Made by a program: the position numbers and the translations under genes. A stretch of 64,000 nucleotides of DNA from Lingula anatina. Lineage: Eukaryota > Animalia > Brachiopoda. The stretch spans positions 10,044,001 to 10,108,000 of the forward strand of contig CM120647.1 in NCBI GenBank assembly GCA_051362555.1. The letters run 5' to 3'. The notes under the pieces are model-generated. The model saw nothing but the letters and a program-made list of their open reading frames with translations, ran no database searches and was not told the origin of the DNA. Within the stretch, counting starts at the first letter, position 1. Every line of letters starts with the position of its first letter. Shown in pieces: positions 1 through 13,539 of the stretch.

Positions 1-590
1 GACAATTTAATTCCCTGTGTAGTATCTAACAATGTGTCAAAATTACAGTAAAGAAAGGAAGAACTTTCCCACAAAGTGTGGCGCATTCCAGCACGAAGAG
101 CGTTGTCAGTGAACACTTATCTGATAACCTGACGATCTAGCAGTAACGGGACACGGCAATTTCTCTGTGTCACGATACACCGATCTTAGACAAGTATATA
201 CTAGAACATGTAAATCGTACTTCAGCTTTGGTGAAAAACAAAGACATTGCGCTTTCGCAAAAGAACAATGCCGTTCAAACTCGAGATGCATCTTTTATTT
301 TTTGATCTCATACCCATAGAGACACCTTCGATTTACGTGGATCGACCGATCTATGCGGGGACTCTCGTTAAGTGCAATCAGCTTAATTGGATGACACGCC
401 TCCTTCTGTTTCCAACACACTCAAATAATCACCAGCTTTTCTGTACTCTATTTAAAACCAGGAGGAGGTGTGTTAATCTGATAAGCTGATTGCCTTCAGC
501 GAGAATCCCTGCAGTGCTGGGTCAATCCACGTACCATGGTGTTAATGGGAATGCACCCTTTGTTTAACAAGACGAGGTGGTCAGGGTGGG

Positions 591-591
<1 letters not shown>

Positions 592-624
<33 letters not shown>
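592..624. repeat. poly-G homopolymer (33 nt)
   Basis: Uninterrupted G run; it explains the poly-Gly and poly-Pro spurious ORFs at 496-754. Confidence 0.9.
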
Positions 625-625
<1 letters not shown>

Positions 626-3296
626 GTCCATACACATTTTAGCCAATCTGTGAGGCCATACTTGGACACTGCCCTTGCACGCTCATTTGATAACGGCATT
701 TTCGCTCTAAAAGTTGCACATGTACAATACCGGTATCTACTCACAATGCAGTAGGTGCGCTTAAATTAGGAAGACCGCGTATTTTGGGTCCAACTGCAGA
801 ACTTTTTAAAGGCATTGCTGTGATTTCGAGCCACCCTGTAAGGAACGGCAGACGTCCCTCGACAGAAGAGATAAAAATGGCGACTAGCCTGATAACGAGG
901 GGTAGGTTATCTTGTTGTGTATGTTTACTGTTGATCAACGTCTGTTTACCCGTTTGACGATAATAAAGCTGTCGGAATAAAGCATAATGCACTACACAAA
1001 GAGCCAACTCTCCAACCAGACTCACTAAGAACAGTACTAGTAATAAAGAGAAAACACTAAAAAATATCTTTAAATAGACCGGCTGCATGGGGACCCATGC
1101 GTAATCGGATCGACTTGTGACATCAACTGGTCTACTTCCGGTCTACTAAAGTTAGGCTGGTGTGAACCCGTACCGCCGAGTGGGTTATTCCTAGGTTTAT
1201 GGATGAGAAAATAAAGATAACATTTGGAAGCGTATATGAAAAAAATGTTTAAAATTGTAGCTATATAGTGTAAAAGCGAGTATTTGCCTGCGTTTGTCTT
1301 TGAAATTATTTTTTTTCGAGAACGTGCGAGCGCGTTTCATGGGATTTTGGGCATAGTCGTATCCTTAATCCGCTATAAGATACGTTAGAGTAATTTCCCA
1401 TCTCACCCCAGCTTATCTCTTTACAGATATCATGTGCCGATTGTTGTGTGCCAACTTTATCTGTGACATAGTATACGATCGTCGCTGGTCTTTCTTCGCA
1501 CAGATATCTCGTTTTCATTTCAAGATACCGAATCTGACGATGTTGTATACTTTCGAAAACGAGACCTTCGCTCGGAGATCGAGAGCAATGGGGCTGCAGC
1601 AGTACCCCAATAGAAACGGGGCAAATGGGGCTTGACAGTTAAGGCACATGTGGGACACTGAATGATGCATTAATTCTGTATTAATTGGGTGGCGATATGC
1701 CGTACACGTAACAGGCGTGACCGTAGCAAGGCGGTGAGAAGCGTAGCTGAATTTGTTGAACTTCTGGTGCCGACAGAGTAAAAAAAAAAAAAGAGCGTCC
1801 ACCATTGCGTCCCAGGAGCAGGAATCGTTAGGTCAAAATTAACAAATTGGCAACAGATATTATTGGTAAGTATAACACAATATGCTTCTGGCAGATGCAA
1901 GATTTTACTTAGGAGAAGGGAATAAGGGAAGGGGGAGTATTAAAGGGTCATAACAGAGCGCTGTGTACGCTCTACAAGATTACAGCTACTTGGTAGGCTA
2001 TGGCGTCATTTATGAAATTCTTTGAAAAAAGTCGTCCCTGAAATCTACCGAAAATTGCACAGAATAAGCCAGATATATTGGAAATATCTAGTAAAATAAC
2101 TTTTTATTGTGACTCTGGTAGAGGGTGCACAAGCGGTGATGGGGGTGGGGGTGGAGGGGGGGGGTACGAGTCAAACAAAAACAGGCGAAGCTACTTGTAA
2201 AGAAAACCAAAGCACGTCCAGCGCCTCCAGTTCTTTTGGTTTCGCCTTTAAATAAATATCAACCATATACAATGGATTTCAAATACAACCAAGATATACC
2301 TGTTGATAAGTATACAGTGTAAATAGACTGGAACAGTTTTACAACGTTATCGGTCAAGTCGCTATTTTACAGCGTCTTTAATGATTAGAACACTAGATTT
2401 GATTATACACCTGTCTGCCAGTGAACAACGCTGAAAGAATCATAAACCTGCCATTTACATTATTTGTATAACGCGTACTCAGAATTTCTTTTTTTAAATT
2501 TAATTTCTTTTTCTTCCTATTAATTTCTTTTGTTTTTACAATTTTGGAATTCCACCCGGCACTGTAGTCTATGACGCATACCAGTAGGCGCTTTCTTTGT
2601 ACAAATTTGGACAAATTTGGAATTTTGTCTTTGACAACTTACTTTAGTATTGCAACAGATGTTCAAAATGTGCTCTTGAAAAGCAGATGATTATCATTAT
2701 GGTAAAGTGTCCGTAGATTCTAAAATTGTTTAAATTTTTTAAGACACTTGAAAAAGGAAAGGGTAGAGAAATGGGATAATGATAGTTATTGAAAGTCACG
2801 CTGTGGATTAATGATTTGTTGTAAATGTGCAATATCATCTCAAATGTAGAATTAATCACCACCTACCAGTTGTGCTTGATAAATGGTTGAAATATTATAT
2901 CAGCTATGAGGTAGATAAAGGTAGTTTATCCCTGTTTACGCGACTGACCGGTAAGTACGGTGATTAATTTGTTACACATGATTGTTTAATATATTCAGAA
3001 AAAATCATGAGATATGACGATTTGAGGGAGAGGTTCAGATTTCGTTTGTTGCTGGATGAGTGTGCATTTTATATGTTAGAATATAGAGTTTTTCTCTCAC
3101 TTTTGATTTTCAGTTGATTGAAAATATACAGCATGTTCATTCGCTTACAGAAGACAACCGGTGCCTAACCTTAAGACCTACACTAGATTTCTCTGACAAT
3201 TGTATGGTTCATGATAAGTGAATTACATATTTATGCTTGGAAAATGAGCAACTCTTATAATTTCTCTTATATTTTTTTCTAAATGATTTTCAGAAA

Positions 3297-5080
3297 ATGA
3301 CAAAGTCATACATAATCAGCGACCAGTTGTCGGTGGACGAGAACAAGGTGGAGCGTCTCAGTCGGCCGTCCAGCGTCCACGACACCCAAGACCGGTGTGG
3401 GGTCGGCGTCCTTCAATGCTGCGCCAACGTCAAAATGTTTACGACCAACTTCGCCCTCATCATGTTGACGCATAGCATTATATATACCTATCTCAGCTCT
3501 GTAATCACAACCATAGAGAAACGCTTCGGACTAAACAGCACGCAGACCGGTCTCTTGGCGAGCGTCTACGAAATAGGTTCCATCGTCAGTATAATAGTGG
3601 GGACTTATTTATTAAGCCGCGTTCATGTGCCGAGGTACATCTCCATTGCAACAGTTATTGCCGCCATTGGAGCGTTGGGTATGGCAGTCCCGCACTTTGC
3701 GTATGGGTCGGGTGTGACAGAGTTTGTGGATAATAATTCAACACAGCAGACGACATTCGCGTTGTGTGGGAACTCCTCCAATAGTAACTCTTCTTGCGAG
3801 TCAAGTGCAATAGAAATAACGCAAGGCAAGATCATATAATTATGAACGGGGTTCTGGCACTTTACGTACAACGCTCCTCTTATTAAATACAGTGTATGGC
3901 TTGATTACGTAAATTTTATAGGAATGAGGATATTTAGCAGAATATAGAATGCTTTTTATGCACACTGTAAGAAGGGAAATTGTGCCATATGCGCTCCATG
4001 TCTGTTTCAGATTTTAGTATTCTACAAGTTAGATTTTAATTTTAAAAATATTTGCTGACATTTTGGAAAGTTATTCCCATTCAGAAATCAAGAAAAGGGG
4101 CTGTAATATCTTGAGTGTAAACGAGGTTGGAGAAATGTGAATTCAATTTGAAGCACTTTATCGAAGCTTTGTGATAAAACAAAGCTGAAAAATCACCAGC
4201 TTAACGTTATTATTATTATTATTATTTTTATTATTATTATTATTATAGAGTCCAGCATGGCGTTCTTGATGTTCATACTGTTCCAGTTGTTAAACGCTCT
4301 AGGGTTTGCCCCTGCCTACCCTCTCGGGGTGACTTACATAGATGAAAATGTGCCCAATACCCAAACGGCGGCATACTCGTGTGAGTCGTAGAATTTATTA
4401 TTTGATTCATTTGTTTAATTGTTTGAATGTCTTTTGTTAGACTGTGCGTTTGTTGGTCTATTTATTATTTCTATCTGGCCGGTGAAATGCTTACTTTACA
4501 AAGAGTCAAAGAATTCATTATTTCGTTGAACCTTTGTTTATTAGATTGTTTGTTTCTTGGTCTATTCATCGCGTTTATTATCTCTACCTTACTTGTGCTT
4601 GTTTTAAGCAAAAGTGTTATTTTTTTTACCAAAAAGTCGCCTCTGGGACATTGGTGTATTTGTCTTTAATCTTTAGTAGAATGCAGGAAGAGAAAATGTA
4701 ACATAACTGCCGTGAGATGGGCGCCATGACCAAAAGTTTGTTCTGTTTCAGCTATCGTGTTTGGCGTGAACATTATTGGACCTGTGATTGGGTTCGTCTT
4801 AGGGGCAGTAACACTTGCCTATTATGTAGACTTTTTGGAAGGTATGTGTCTCAATCTCGAGCTATCTGTCTTTCTTTCTCCTTCTCTCTGATAGCGATCC
4901 AGAGAGATCCTAAGCTTCACTTATCTCATTTTCTTTTACTTTCATCCATTTGATTTATTTTGTTAATGCAAAAAGTAGTGGTCTTCAAGGAAGAAGTCGG
5001 CGACTTATAAGGGGTTCGAGAAAGCTAATATTACGATTAACGAATGTCGCATTGTGTAATGGAACCATTTTAACAACATA

Positions 5081-5114
<34 letters not shown>

Positions 5115-7784
5115 GAGAAAGGCGAGAATAGTGAATTTCTTTTTGCCCAAACGAAAGTAAGTACCTTAATATAGCGGTTTGAGTGTGTGAAAAAGTTAGG
5201 TTATGGATAACAGAAACAATTTATTTAAAATCTTTACAGGATTCAGCCTGCCCAGGTCGCATCCTCAGTTTATAGGAGCCTGGTGGTTAGGCTTTGTCAT
5301 CATCGCTGGCTTGTCTTTACTCTCAGCACCCTCTATGGCTTTGTTTCCCCGCCACATGCCTAGCAGGAAGCACACTGACAAAGAAGATGGAACGGCGAAA
5401 GAGAAATCTTTCGCAAAACTAGTTAAAGGTTTTTTTTAGGGTTTTAAGATTTTACTTGTTTTAATTAAAATTAATTTTGTCTATTTCTTTGAAATAGGTT
5501 TTCCTTGGCACAATTTACAGAGAGAAAAAAAGGACATTAAACATTGCTTTTACTTATTAAAATCTTGTTTTCTCAACGACTAGTTTTATCTATGGAGTAC
5601 ATGTACGTCCATCAGAACTTAGTACATGCACCTGCTATATATAAGTTTCCATGTAGAATATAAAGGAAACCAGCTTTTAAGACGAAAAAATGGAAGTCTT
5701 TGTTCTAGCATGTTGTCTACAACAATTTGTGACACTACCTAGCTCGATATACATATATATTCAATTTTTAATTTATCATTTTTTTTGTATAGAATTTCCC
5801 CGCTCTGTCAAGCGACTGTTCACAACGCCGCCATTTTTGTGTGTGACTCTTGGGATATGCTGTGAATTGTGGATGGTTGGAGGGTATATGATATTTCTAC
5901 CAAAGTATCTGGAGACGCAGTTCAAGGCACCGGCGTTCCTAGCCACTCTGATAACAGGTAGAACAGACGAGTTCGAAATGATTTTTTTACACGTGTACAT
6001 TGTACAGGAGTGAAACCCGATAATCATAATAAAATATACATGATAATATAAACATTTAAACAATGTTTAAATAAGATATAATTAAAAACTAATAGAAAGA
6101 AAGAAATTATATTGGTGCCCTCAACAATTTTGTAAAATGTACTACAGGTGCAAACATACAAAGCCTTATGCTCAATACAATGTCTAAAATAGCCTACGTA
6201 TAAGCCAACAAAAAATTTTACAAAAGTAAATATATACAATAAATATATGTACAGTGTAGGCCTACTGGTCTAAACTCTACCGTATGTGTATATGGATCTT
6301 AATAACTAAACTCACTATTTCAGCTTTTGTGGCAGCAGTTGCCAGCGTTCTTGGAATCCTCCTTGGTGGGTTCCTGGGGTCAAAGTTCAAGTTTCACTCC
6401 CTCCAACATGCCCGGATGTTACTGTTTTGTAGCGTGGTCAGCACGCTGTTGTTTGTGGCTCTCTTCTTCCTGGGCTGTCCCTCGCTGGACATTAAGGGCC
6501 TGGAGGGGTGAGTTTAGGGGATGGAGGGTTGTGTTAAGGGTTGGAGGGTGGGTTAAGGGGATGAAAGGGTGAGACAAGGGGATGGTGGAGTGGATTAAGG
6601 GGTTGGAAGGGTGAGATAAGAGGGTGAGTTAAGGGGATGGCGGGGTGAGTTAAAGGGCTGAAGGATTGAGTATAGGGGCTGGAGGGGTGTGTTAAAAGGT
6701 TGGGGTGAGTTTAGGAGATGGAGGGGTGAGTTAAGGGGCCGAAGGTGCGAGATAAGGGGATGGTGTAGCGAGTTAAGGGGTTGGAGGGGTAAGATAATGG
6801 GATGTTGAGGTGAGATAAGGGGATGGGGGGTAGATTTTAGGGGCTGTAGGGGTAACATGTAACTATGCAAGTTCTGCCTTGATAGAAAATTTGCAAAAAC
6901 AGAATTTGATGCTCCATATATTGATGCTAAATCAGGGCTTTAAATTTGGTTGTCACATTGTGCATAACAATTTTGAGTTTAGATTCTTAAACATTTTTGA
7001 AAAATATTTTATAGCAACAACTCACTGTCAGCTTGCGGCACGACATGCAACTGTGCCACGTCAGATTTCAGTTTGGTGTGCGGCGCCGACAACGCCACCT
7101 ATTTATCTGCATGCTACGCTGGTTGTGCTGCGGCAGATAAGAAGGTATAATCACATTGGGTTTGATAAATTTAAGTTTTTCATTTTTTATAAAACACATA
7201 CCTATTGTGCATTAATTATGATATATCACGATCATGCAACCCAGTTTCACCATCGTGCTTGCATCAAAGTACACATACTCAGCAGTCGGGTTCCACTAAA
7301 TACTAATTAAATGAAGTAATTAAATAAAGTACATGTAAGCCTAAATCCCTGTAAGACGAAAAAAGGGATTACATGCCGTCTATATAAATAGGTACTTTAT
7401 CGCCATTACTAAAAAACGCAGTTTGGTCAAATAATGTGCCTCTAGGTATCACTCGTACTCGTGTTCATGTTACCATATACATGTACAAGAAACGAAAATA
7501 CCATTTAGAATGTATGAATATTAGAGGCAGATAATTTGGTGGAAACACCAGTGTTAAATTCTTTCTGAAACAGGACGACAGTACAGTGTTTGAGGACTGC
7601 AGCTGCATCTCTGGCACCAACCAGACGGCTGTCCTTGGCGGCTGTGACACAGGGTGTAATATGCTGTGGCAGTTCTCGGGAGTCGTATTTGTGTTTGCCT
7701 TCATTGCTGCTATGAGTAGTCCGTCTGCTATTGTTATTACTCTAAGGTCAGTTGGCATGGCTTGTCTGGCCCTGTTTACATAAA

Positions 7785-7840
<56 letters not shown>

Positions 7841-8893
7841 GCGCGCGCTGTCCATATATTTCTAAAACCCTTAGCCGGTAATACGTTATATTTATGTTTC
7901 AAAGCGTGAACGAAAAATTTGGGATGCGTATCGTATCGTATCAGTAAGTGAACACTTGTTATACATGTACATTTAAGGTGAAGGATTTATTCACGATATG
8001 GATTATACCACGAGGGAAATAAATCATACTGATTTTGGCAGAATATCCAATTTCTTCTGTCGGTTGTACCGAAAATATTATAACAATAACATACATTGTA
8101 TGCTGAACGAATAAAACATTGTTTCTTAAAGGTCTGTACCAAAGGATTTCAGAGCGTTTGCTTATGGAATGAACGAGGCTATTGAGGGTGTACTGGGTAC
8201 GTATGTGCGTCATCACAATGGGCACATTCAAAACAGCAAGCTAACAGATCCGCGAATCAAATATGGCTGTTCCACTTGAATGCTTGTTACGTTATCCCCG
8301 CGGGAATTCTGTTCAGTGTCTAATCGGGAATTAAGCGGCAAGCTTTTTAGTTGGTTGCCGGATTTGATCCATGTACATTTCATTTTCTCAATTTGTGTCA
8401 TTTTACACTTCGTAGACGTTTCTCTATTTTAAAATGATGTACCATCCACCGCGACTATTACAAAGTGAAATACCAAAAATACCACCAACAGTTTCATGTT
8501 GTAAAAGTCAAACATTTTGTCATTCTGCAGTCTGTAATGAGAATTATAACTGTTATCATCCAAATTATTTTATATTTACTTGACCTAGGCAACATCCCGG
8601 CTGCCGTATTGTATGGTTACGTCATCGATGGCACGTGCACACTGTGGAAGACCTCCAAGTGTACCGGTGAAAAGGAAAACTGTCTGCTCTACGATAACAC
8701 AAATTACCGGTTACATTTCCACGGTCTCACCCTGGGCATCAAGGCTTTGGGTGCTCTCATTTACTTCCTTCTTTGGTGGAAGAGTCACGGCCAATGGACA
8801 TATTACTGGGATGATGATGATGAAAAGGCAGATAACGAAAGTGAAAGTGGTGAAAGTAAGATAGACTTGGAAATGCAGTCTGTGCGCTTTTAA
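3297..8893 (+). CDS. SLCO: Organic anion transporting polypeptide (SLCO/OATP family, MFS fold with Kazal-like extracellular loop), 10 coding exons, about 653 aa
   Basis: Phase-consistent exons: 3297-3825, 4249-4380, 4752-4841, 5240-5428, 5793-5957, 6324-6507, 7015-7144, 7574-7746, 8132-8196, 8589-8893 (1962 nt, no internal stop). OATP motifs: ITTIEKRFGLNSTQTG, YEIG, LGVTYIDEN, GPVIGFVLG..YVD, IGAWWLGF, FLPKYLETQF, Kazal-like CNC..FSLVCGADNATYLSACYAGC, YGYVIDGTCTLW..C..C.LYDN. Subfamily not determined. Confidence 0.95.
4207..4246. repeat. (TTA)n microsatellite abutting the SLCO exon-2 acceptor
   Basis: ttattattatt... runs directly into TAG at 4246-4248. Confidence 0.85.
6491..6856 (+). repeat. 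Degenerate G-rich minisatellite, about 21-bp unit (approx. TTAAGGGGATGGAGGGGTGAG), at the SLCO exon 6/intron 6 boundary
   Basis: Repeated ttaagggg..ggaggggtgag units. The first unit overlaps the exon end and the donor. Confidence 0.85.
7788..7848. repeat. (CT)n(CA)n(CG)n compound microsatellite
   Basis: Seen directly in SLCO intron 8. Confidence 0.9.
8219..8372. mobile_element. Partial, diverged copy of the 10920-11094 MITE in SLCO intron 9
   Basis: Shares tcaaatatggc..tccacttgaa..ttcagtgtcta..cggcaagctttttagt with 10958-11041. Confidence 0.6.
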
Positions 8894-10919
8894 GAATGTA
8901 TATTATGTAATGCACTGCAGGTGGCGGGAGAAAAACTTACCTGTAATGACAATAAGTATTTAAATGCTTGAAACATACGTCCTATTTATGATGATTATTT
9001 TTTTGTAAGTAGATTGATTTTTTATGTTTGATTGAGACCGTGCTAAATTGTGGTCTCAAGCACTTTATATTTGCACATGTGAAATGAGCACAGTGATATT
9101 GTATTATGCCTTAGCTATATTTTATTGGCGTATTTGTATAAAATATATGTGCTGATGACCAGCTTGCGCTTACTACATGTAGATATTGGCTAGACGGCTG
9201 TATTAATACGCGTTGTGTTTTATGCTTTAATTTTGTATATGTGTAGCTTTTCTGTTGATGTTTTGAACGTACTGAAGTGTTTACGGCGTACAGAGTTGAT
9301 TTTTAAAGGAAGAGATTGAAAACCATTACAATGTATTGATTGCCTCTTTAATTAACTTGAAAGCAATATTAAGTAATAGCTATATCAAGTTAATTAATGA
9401 GACAATCAGTGCATCGTTGGTAAGCTGATTAAAAGATAGACAGCAGCATTAATTTAGCGTAAATTGCACATGACAAATTGCATTTCTTTCTTTCTTAATT
9501 TATTAATGAATTTATTTATTTATTTATTTTTTGCTTATGTGTTAATGGGATTTGTTGCATATTATGTCGGATACTGGCTTATTCACGTACGTAGTTGTAT
9601 TTGTGATGTTTGTAATAATATTTGTATTTTGAATTGTATAATAGGTGAAATGATGTCATTATAATGTCTCAATTAAAGAGATGAGGTCCGTAGGCTTGGC
9701 GGGCGCACAATTTGTGTATAAGCTGAGTCACTGTGCTTCTGGCGCGGGCAGTTCAGCTTTTAGACTCCATACTGGATTTCAACCGAGAGCTTAATACATG
9801 TCTAAGTTAATTCCGTACAAAAATGCTTGTTGGGCATACGAAAAAAAACGTCTGAAATTAACCAGAGATATGTGTTAATATGAAGGGGAAATTAACAAAT
9901 GGTCCTACATCATAGTTGAGGGTAAGTACTTAGTACTTGATAAACAGCGCTCCGAACAAGTATGTCATATTAATGCACCTACATGAGTGGCTCAGATTGT
10001 AGACCACAATACATACCTGTGTGACAGGAATAGTAGTACAGTAGTCCGTTTCCATTACTTTTTACAGGAGACATTCGTCCCAAATACTAACTCCAATACT
10101 CCGAACCTGTGCTAACCATATAGGACCCAGGATATTTGTTCTTAGGACTACTTTCCTGTCACGCAGGTCTTAGAACTTAAAGGTGGTGGTCTGGGACTTA
10201 AGTGTAGCCTATTGTAAATATCCCTTACTTATTTTACAGAAACCCCCCTTATCTCATCGGACTCGGAAATTACACCAGATACGAAAATGTGATCTAAGTA
10301 GGTATGCTGATGTATTTGGAGTGTCCGGGCAATTTGTCCAGAAGAAGTCTAATGTGGCCGAAAATGAGGCAGATTTGAAATGAAAAAGATCGATATACAG
10401 AGTACAGTATAAGTATTTTGGTGTATGAGGCATCCGGCTTAGTTAAGTCTCATTTGAACATATTCTTGTAGGTTTTACATGTACAGAGTTTTGGTAGAAA
10501 TAAAGACACTTACGTTTTTGTAGTGTTTATGTGTTGTTTTTAAGTTATACCATCGCTATCACGTTGCATCAGAAGAAACCGTATATATGAAAACCTCGTA
10601 AATGGATCTATTGTTTTATACTTTTGTAACAAACTTTGAGGAACAGATTCTTTGGCACTCATGAGCATCGCCCAACTGGAATATTAACATTGCTTCATTT
10701 CCCTTTCAAAGCCGTTAATGCAGAGTCTCTTGTACCTAAACAGTCACATAGTTTGCACACTCACATTTCACAGCTTTTCATTATCTGATTCTACCTGTAT
10801 GTTTGAAGAACATCAGCTTATTCCAAATAATGATGAATTAAAGAAACCTGAAGTCTGTTCGCTGTTTCCTGTTCTCTGGAGTCTAACAATGACGTCAAAT
10901 CTCCTCTGATGAAGTCTTA

Positions 10920-11094
10920 GGCCGCATTCAGAAGAGTGAACTTACTAGTCCGAGGGTCAAATATGGCCGATCCACTTGAACTCTTCCCGACGAGGAATCT
11001 ATTCAGTGTCTATTAGCAGATAAGACGGCAAGCTTTTTAGTGGGTCGCCATATTTGACCTGCGGATCAGTGAGTCCACTGTTCTGAATGCGGCC
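10920..11094. mobile_element. MITE with GGCCGCATTCAGAA terminal inverted repeats (PIF/Harbinger-like)
   Basis: ggccgcattcagaa...ttctgaatgcggcc; hairpin-like arms (gtcaaatatggc/gccatatttgac). TSD not clean. Confidence 0.7.
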
Positions 11095-11271
11095 TGTTAT
11101 GTGTGTGTTTACAAGTGAGTGATATTAAAGACCTGGTAAACGAGACTTTGGTGAGAGGCGAAATGGCGTTTTTGCAGGGTAACCTAACGTAATGAGTAAA
11201 TAAATAGATGGAGATGTAAGACAACGTTTTTTTTTATTGTACACAAAAATATGAAAAATAAAAAATAAAAA

Positions 11272-11277
<6 letters not shown>

Positions 11278-11322
<45 letters not shown>
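11278..11322. repeat. (TAA)n microsatellite
   Basis: Seen directly; it explains the poly-Tyr ORF. Confidence 0.9.
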
Positions 11323-11324
<2 letters not shown>

Positions 11325-12921
11325 CTATTGTTATTTGGATAAAATTGCACAAAAACTTTCAGCATGTATCACTAGAAATTGTATGTTTTGTTTGACGGCA
11401 AGTAGCTTTCTTCGGAGGGAAAACTCCGGCAGCATACCAGTACCAGTATCAGATTTCCAGCAAATCTGTTTTAGCGCACTGCACTGTAGCACGCTATTTA
11501 AAATGATACTTGCTGTTTCTGAAGTTGGACGTATATTTCCCCCTGACGTAAAATAGCAATGTGCACTTATTTTCATTAAAAAAACGCGCGTTTTAAGCAA
11601 ATCCATACGGCAGAATTGCTTGATAACGACCGTAGCGTCCACGAGAAATCACAATAATCACGCAGAAAAATTGTCACGCTGCTTATAAACAATGAGGATT
11701 AGAAGCAAGGGCGACGTGACAGGAATGGAAGTCCGCAAGGAACCGCAGTCCGTTTCCCATTACTTTGTACAGGTGACATTCGTCCCTGAACTAACCCCAA
11801 TACTCCCAATGCTGCTTGTTACTATTTTTCTGCCTAATTTAATTGTTTTTTGTCTTTTTTTGTTCGGTTGTGCATTCTTTATTATCCCTGCATGACATGC
11901 GTTTACCCTCTCTTTCAGAACTGTTGCTTGGTAACGAATCTCACCACGCAGGACGGATGTACGAAGGATAATTGGTGTATTAAACGGTTTTCTGAAATAC
12001 TTACAAACAGTAACAATAAACCTTTGAAAATAAAAGACAGTTTAAAATAAATCGTGATGAACTTTCACTTACCTGTTAAAAACCGCGGCGGGAGTTTAAA
12101 GCAGGTCTTTTTGACCAGCAAAGGCCTGATGTGTGAGATCCGTTTGTGATAAAAAAAATAGTTGTAAAAAGTGCAATCACGATAAAAATTCAATAAAACA
12201 TTAAAGGAATAAGTAAAGGGAAAGTAGTTTCAATTTAAATGCATATATTACATTTCTTGACACAAAAACACTATCACGTATATATACAAAGGTAGTAAGA
12301 ACAAATTCTTATCAATGTCAGGTGTCGGTTCACTGCGTTTTATATGCCTGAATATCAAAAGGTAAAAGTTTTCTCTCCGTTTTCATTTTAAGAACCTCAT
12401 GGCTCCTTTTTTGAAATTCTGCTCGACATTCTACCTCGAAGTCTTTTACAGTGAACTTGGAACGTAGAAAGAACGATTCTCTTGCCTTCTTTTCCAAGGC
12501 ATTATACTTTTGTCTATCTACTATACTCTGCAATGCCGTGTCTATCTTTTAGTCTAGTGGGATTTCCACAAAAGATGAATAGTAGGGGCATTTTGGGGTA
12601 AAAGTTGGGAACCATGCTAATTAGCATAATTTTGAGATGCTGAATCCGATTTTCCCGGTTCCCAAGCGATATTTTGCGTTTTTAACGGTCTAATTTGCAA
12701 AAAAAAACAAAATGGCCGCCAGATTTCTTATTTTCTGCAATATCTCTGGGACTAGACAGGTGAACATGACAAATTAAGTGTCTTTACCTATATTTTCAGG
12801 GTCGAGGAACATTATTAAGATGTTTCTGTTAGAAGTAGATTTACGCAATTTTCCTAAATATGCAAATTAGGATCGCCTGTAACTAGGCAAGCAAACATAA
12901 CAAATGAAGTGTCTACACCTA

Positions 12922-13539
12922 CAGCATTGGTCAAAAAGGTTGTCCCACCCCCATTTCCATGTACTTTTATTTACAAATAAAACCGCCTTTGAGTCCTGAT
13001 ATTAATCCTACTGAGCACCTGTGGCATAAATTAGAATGTGCATTGCAGAGGAGAATCAATTCCTAAATAATCTTGACCAATTCCGCCACGCTCTTTAGGA
13101 TGAATGGGACAATATCCCACAAAACAGAATTGTTACCCATGTTGAAGTCTTGTTGCGCCATCTACAGGAGATAATTGCAGTACGCGGTAGACGAACACGC
13201 TGTTAGGCACGTGACCTTTAAGAAGCACACCCTAATGCTTATTGTGTGTGAATTTGGTGACATTTGATGGCGTCTTTTCAATTTTATAGACATTTCTTTA
13301 CATCTGTAGAAGTCACAGTGAAACAGTCGATTTGAGGGGGTACCTCTTATAAATTTTACTAAATGGTATAAAATATGTATATTTTTACCACTATTTTGTA
13401 TTTTTTAAACCATTAATCACGTAAGACACTGTATCCGTAATAAAAAGCACTATTTCTAACAATTTACGGCCGTAAGGTTATCATTTGTAAATAAAAGTAC
13501 ATGGAAATGGGGGTGGGACAACCTTTTTGACCAATGCTG
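12922..13539. mobile_element. Tc1/mariner-derived MITE (TIR CAGCATTGGTCAAAAAGGTTGTCCCACCCCC..., TA TSD) nested in the left Academ-like arm
   Basis: About 55-bp TIRs with TA on both sides. The empty site is visible in the opposite arm (about 15890-15905). Confidence 0.9.

Noticed and set aside
496-754. Poly-Gly and poly-Pro ORFs
   Set aside because: Artefacts of the poly-G run.
1070-1640. Possible TTAA-type DNA transposon
   Set aside because: TE-like texture, but I could not pair termini or find a TSD.
2900-3293. Possible 5' UTR exons of SLCO (GTAAGT donor at 2951, acceptors at 3113 and 3293)
   Set aside because: Plausible, but boundaries cannot be fixed without transcript data.
6595-6870. 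Pro/Leu-rich 91-aa ORF on the minus strand
   Set aside because: Translation of the intronic minisatellite.
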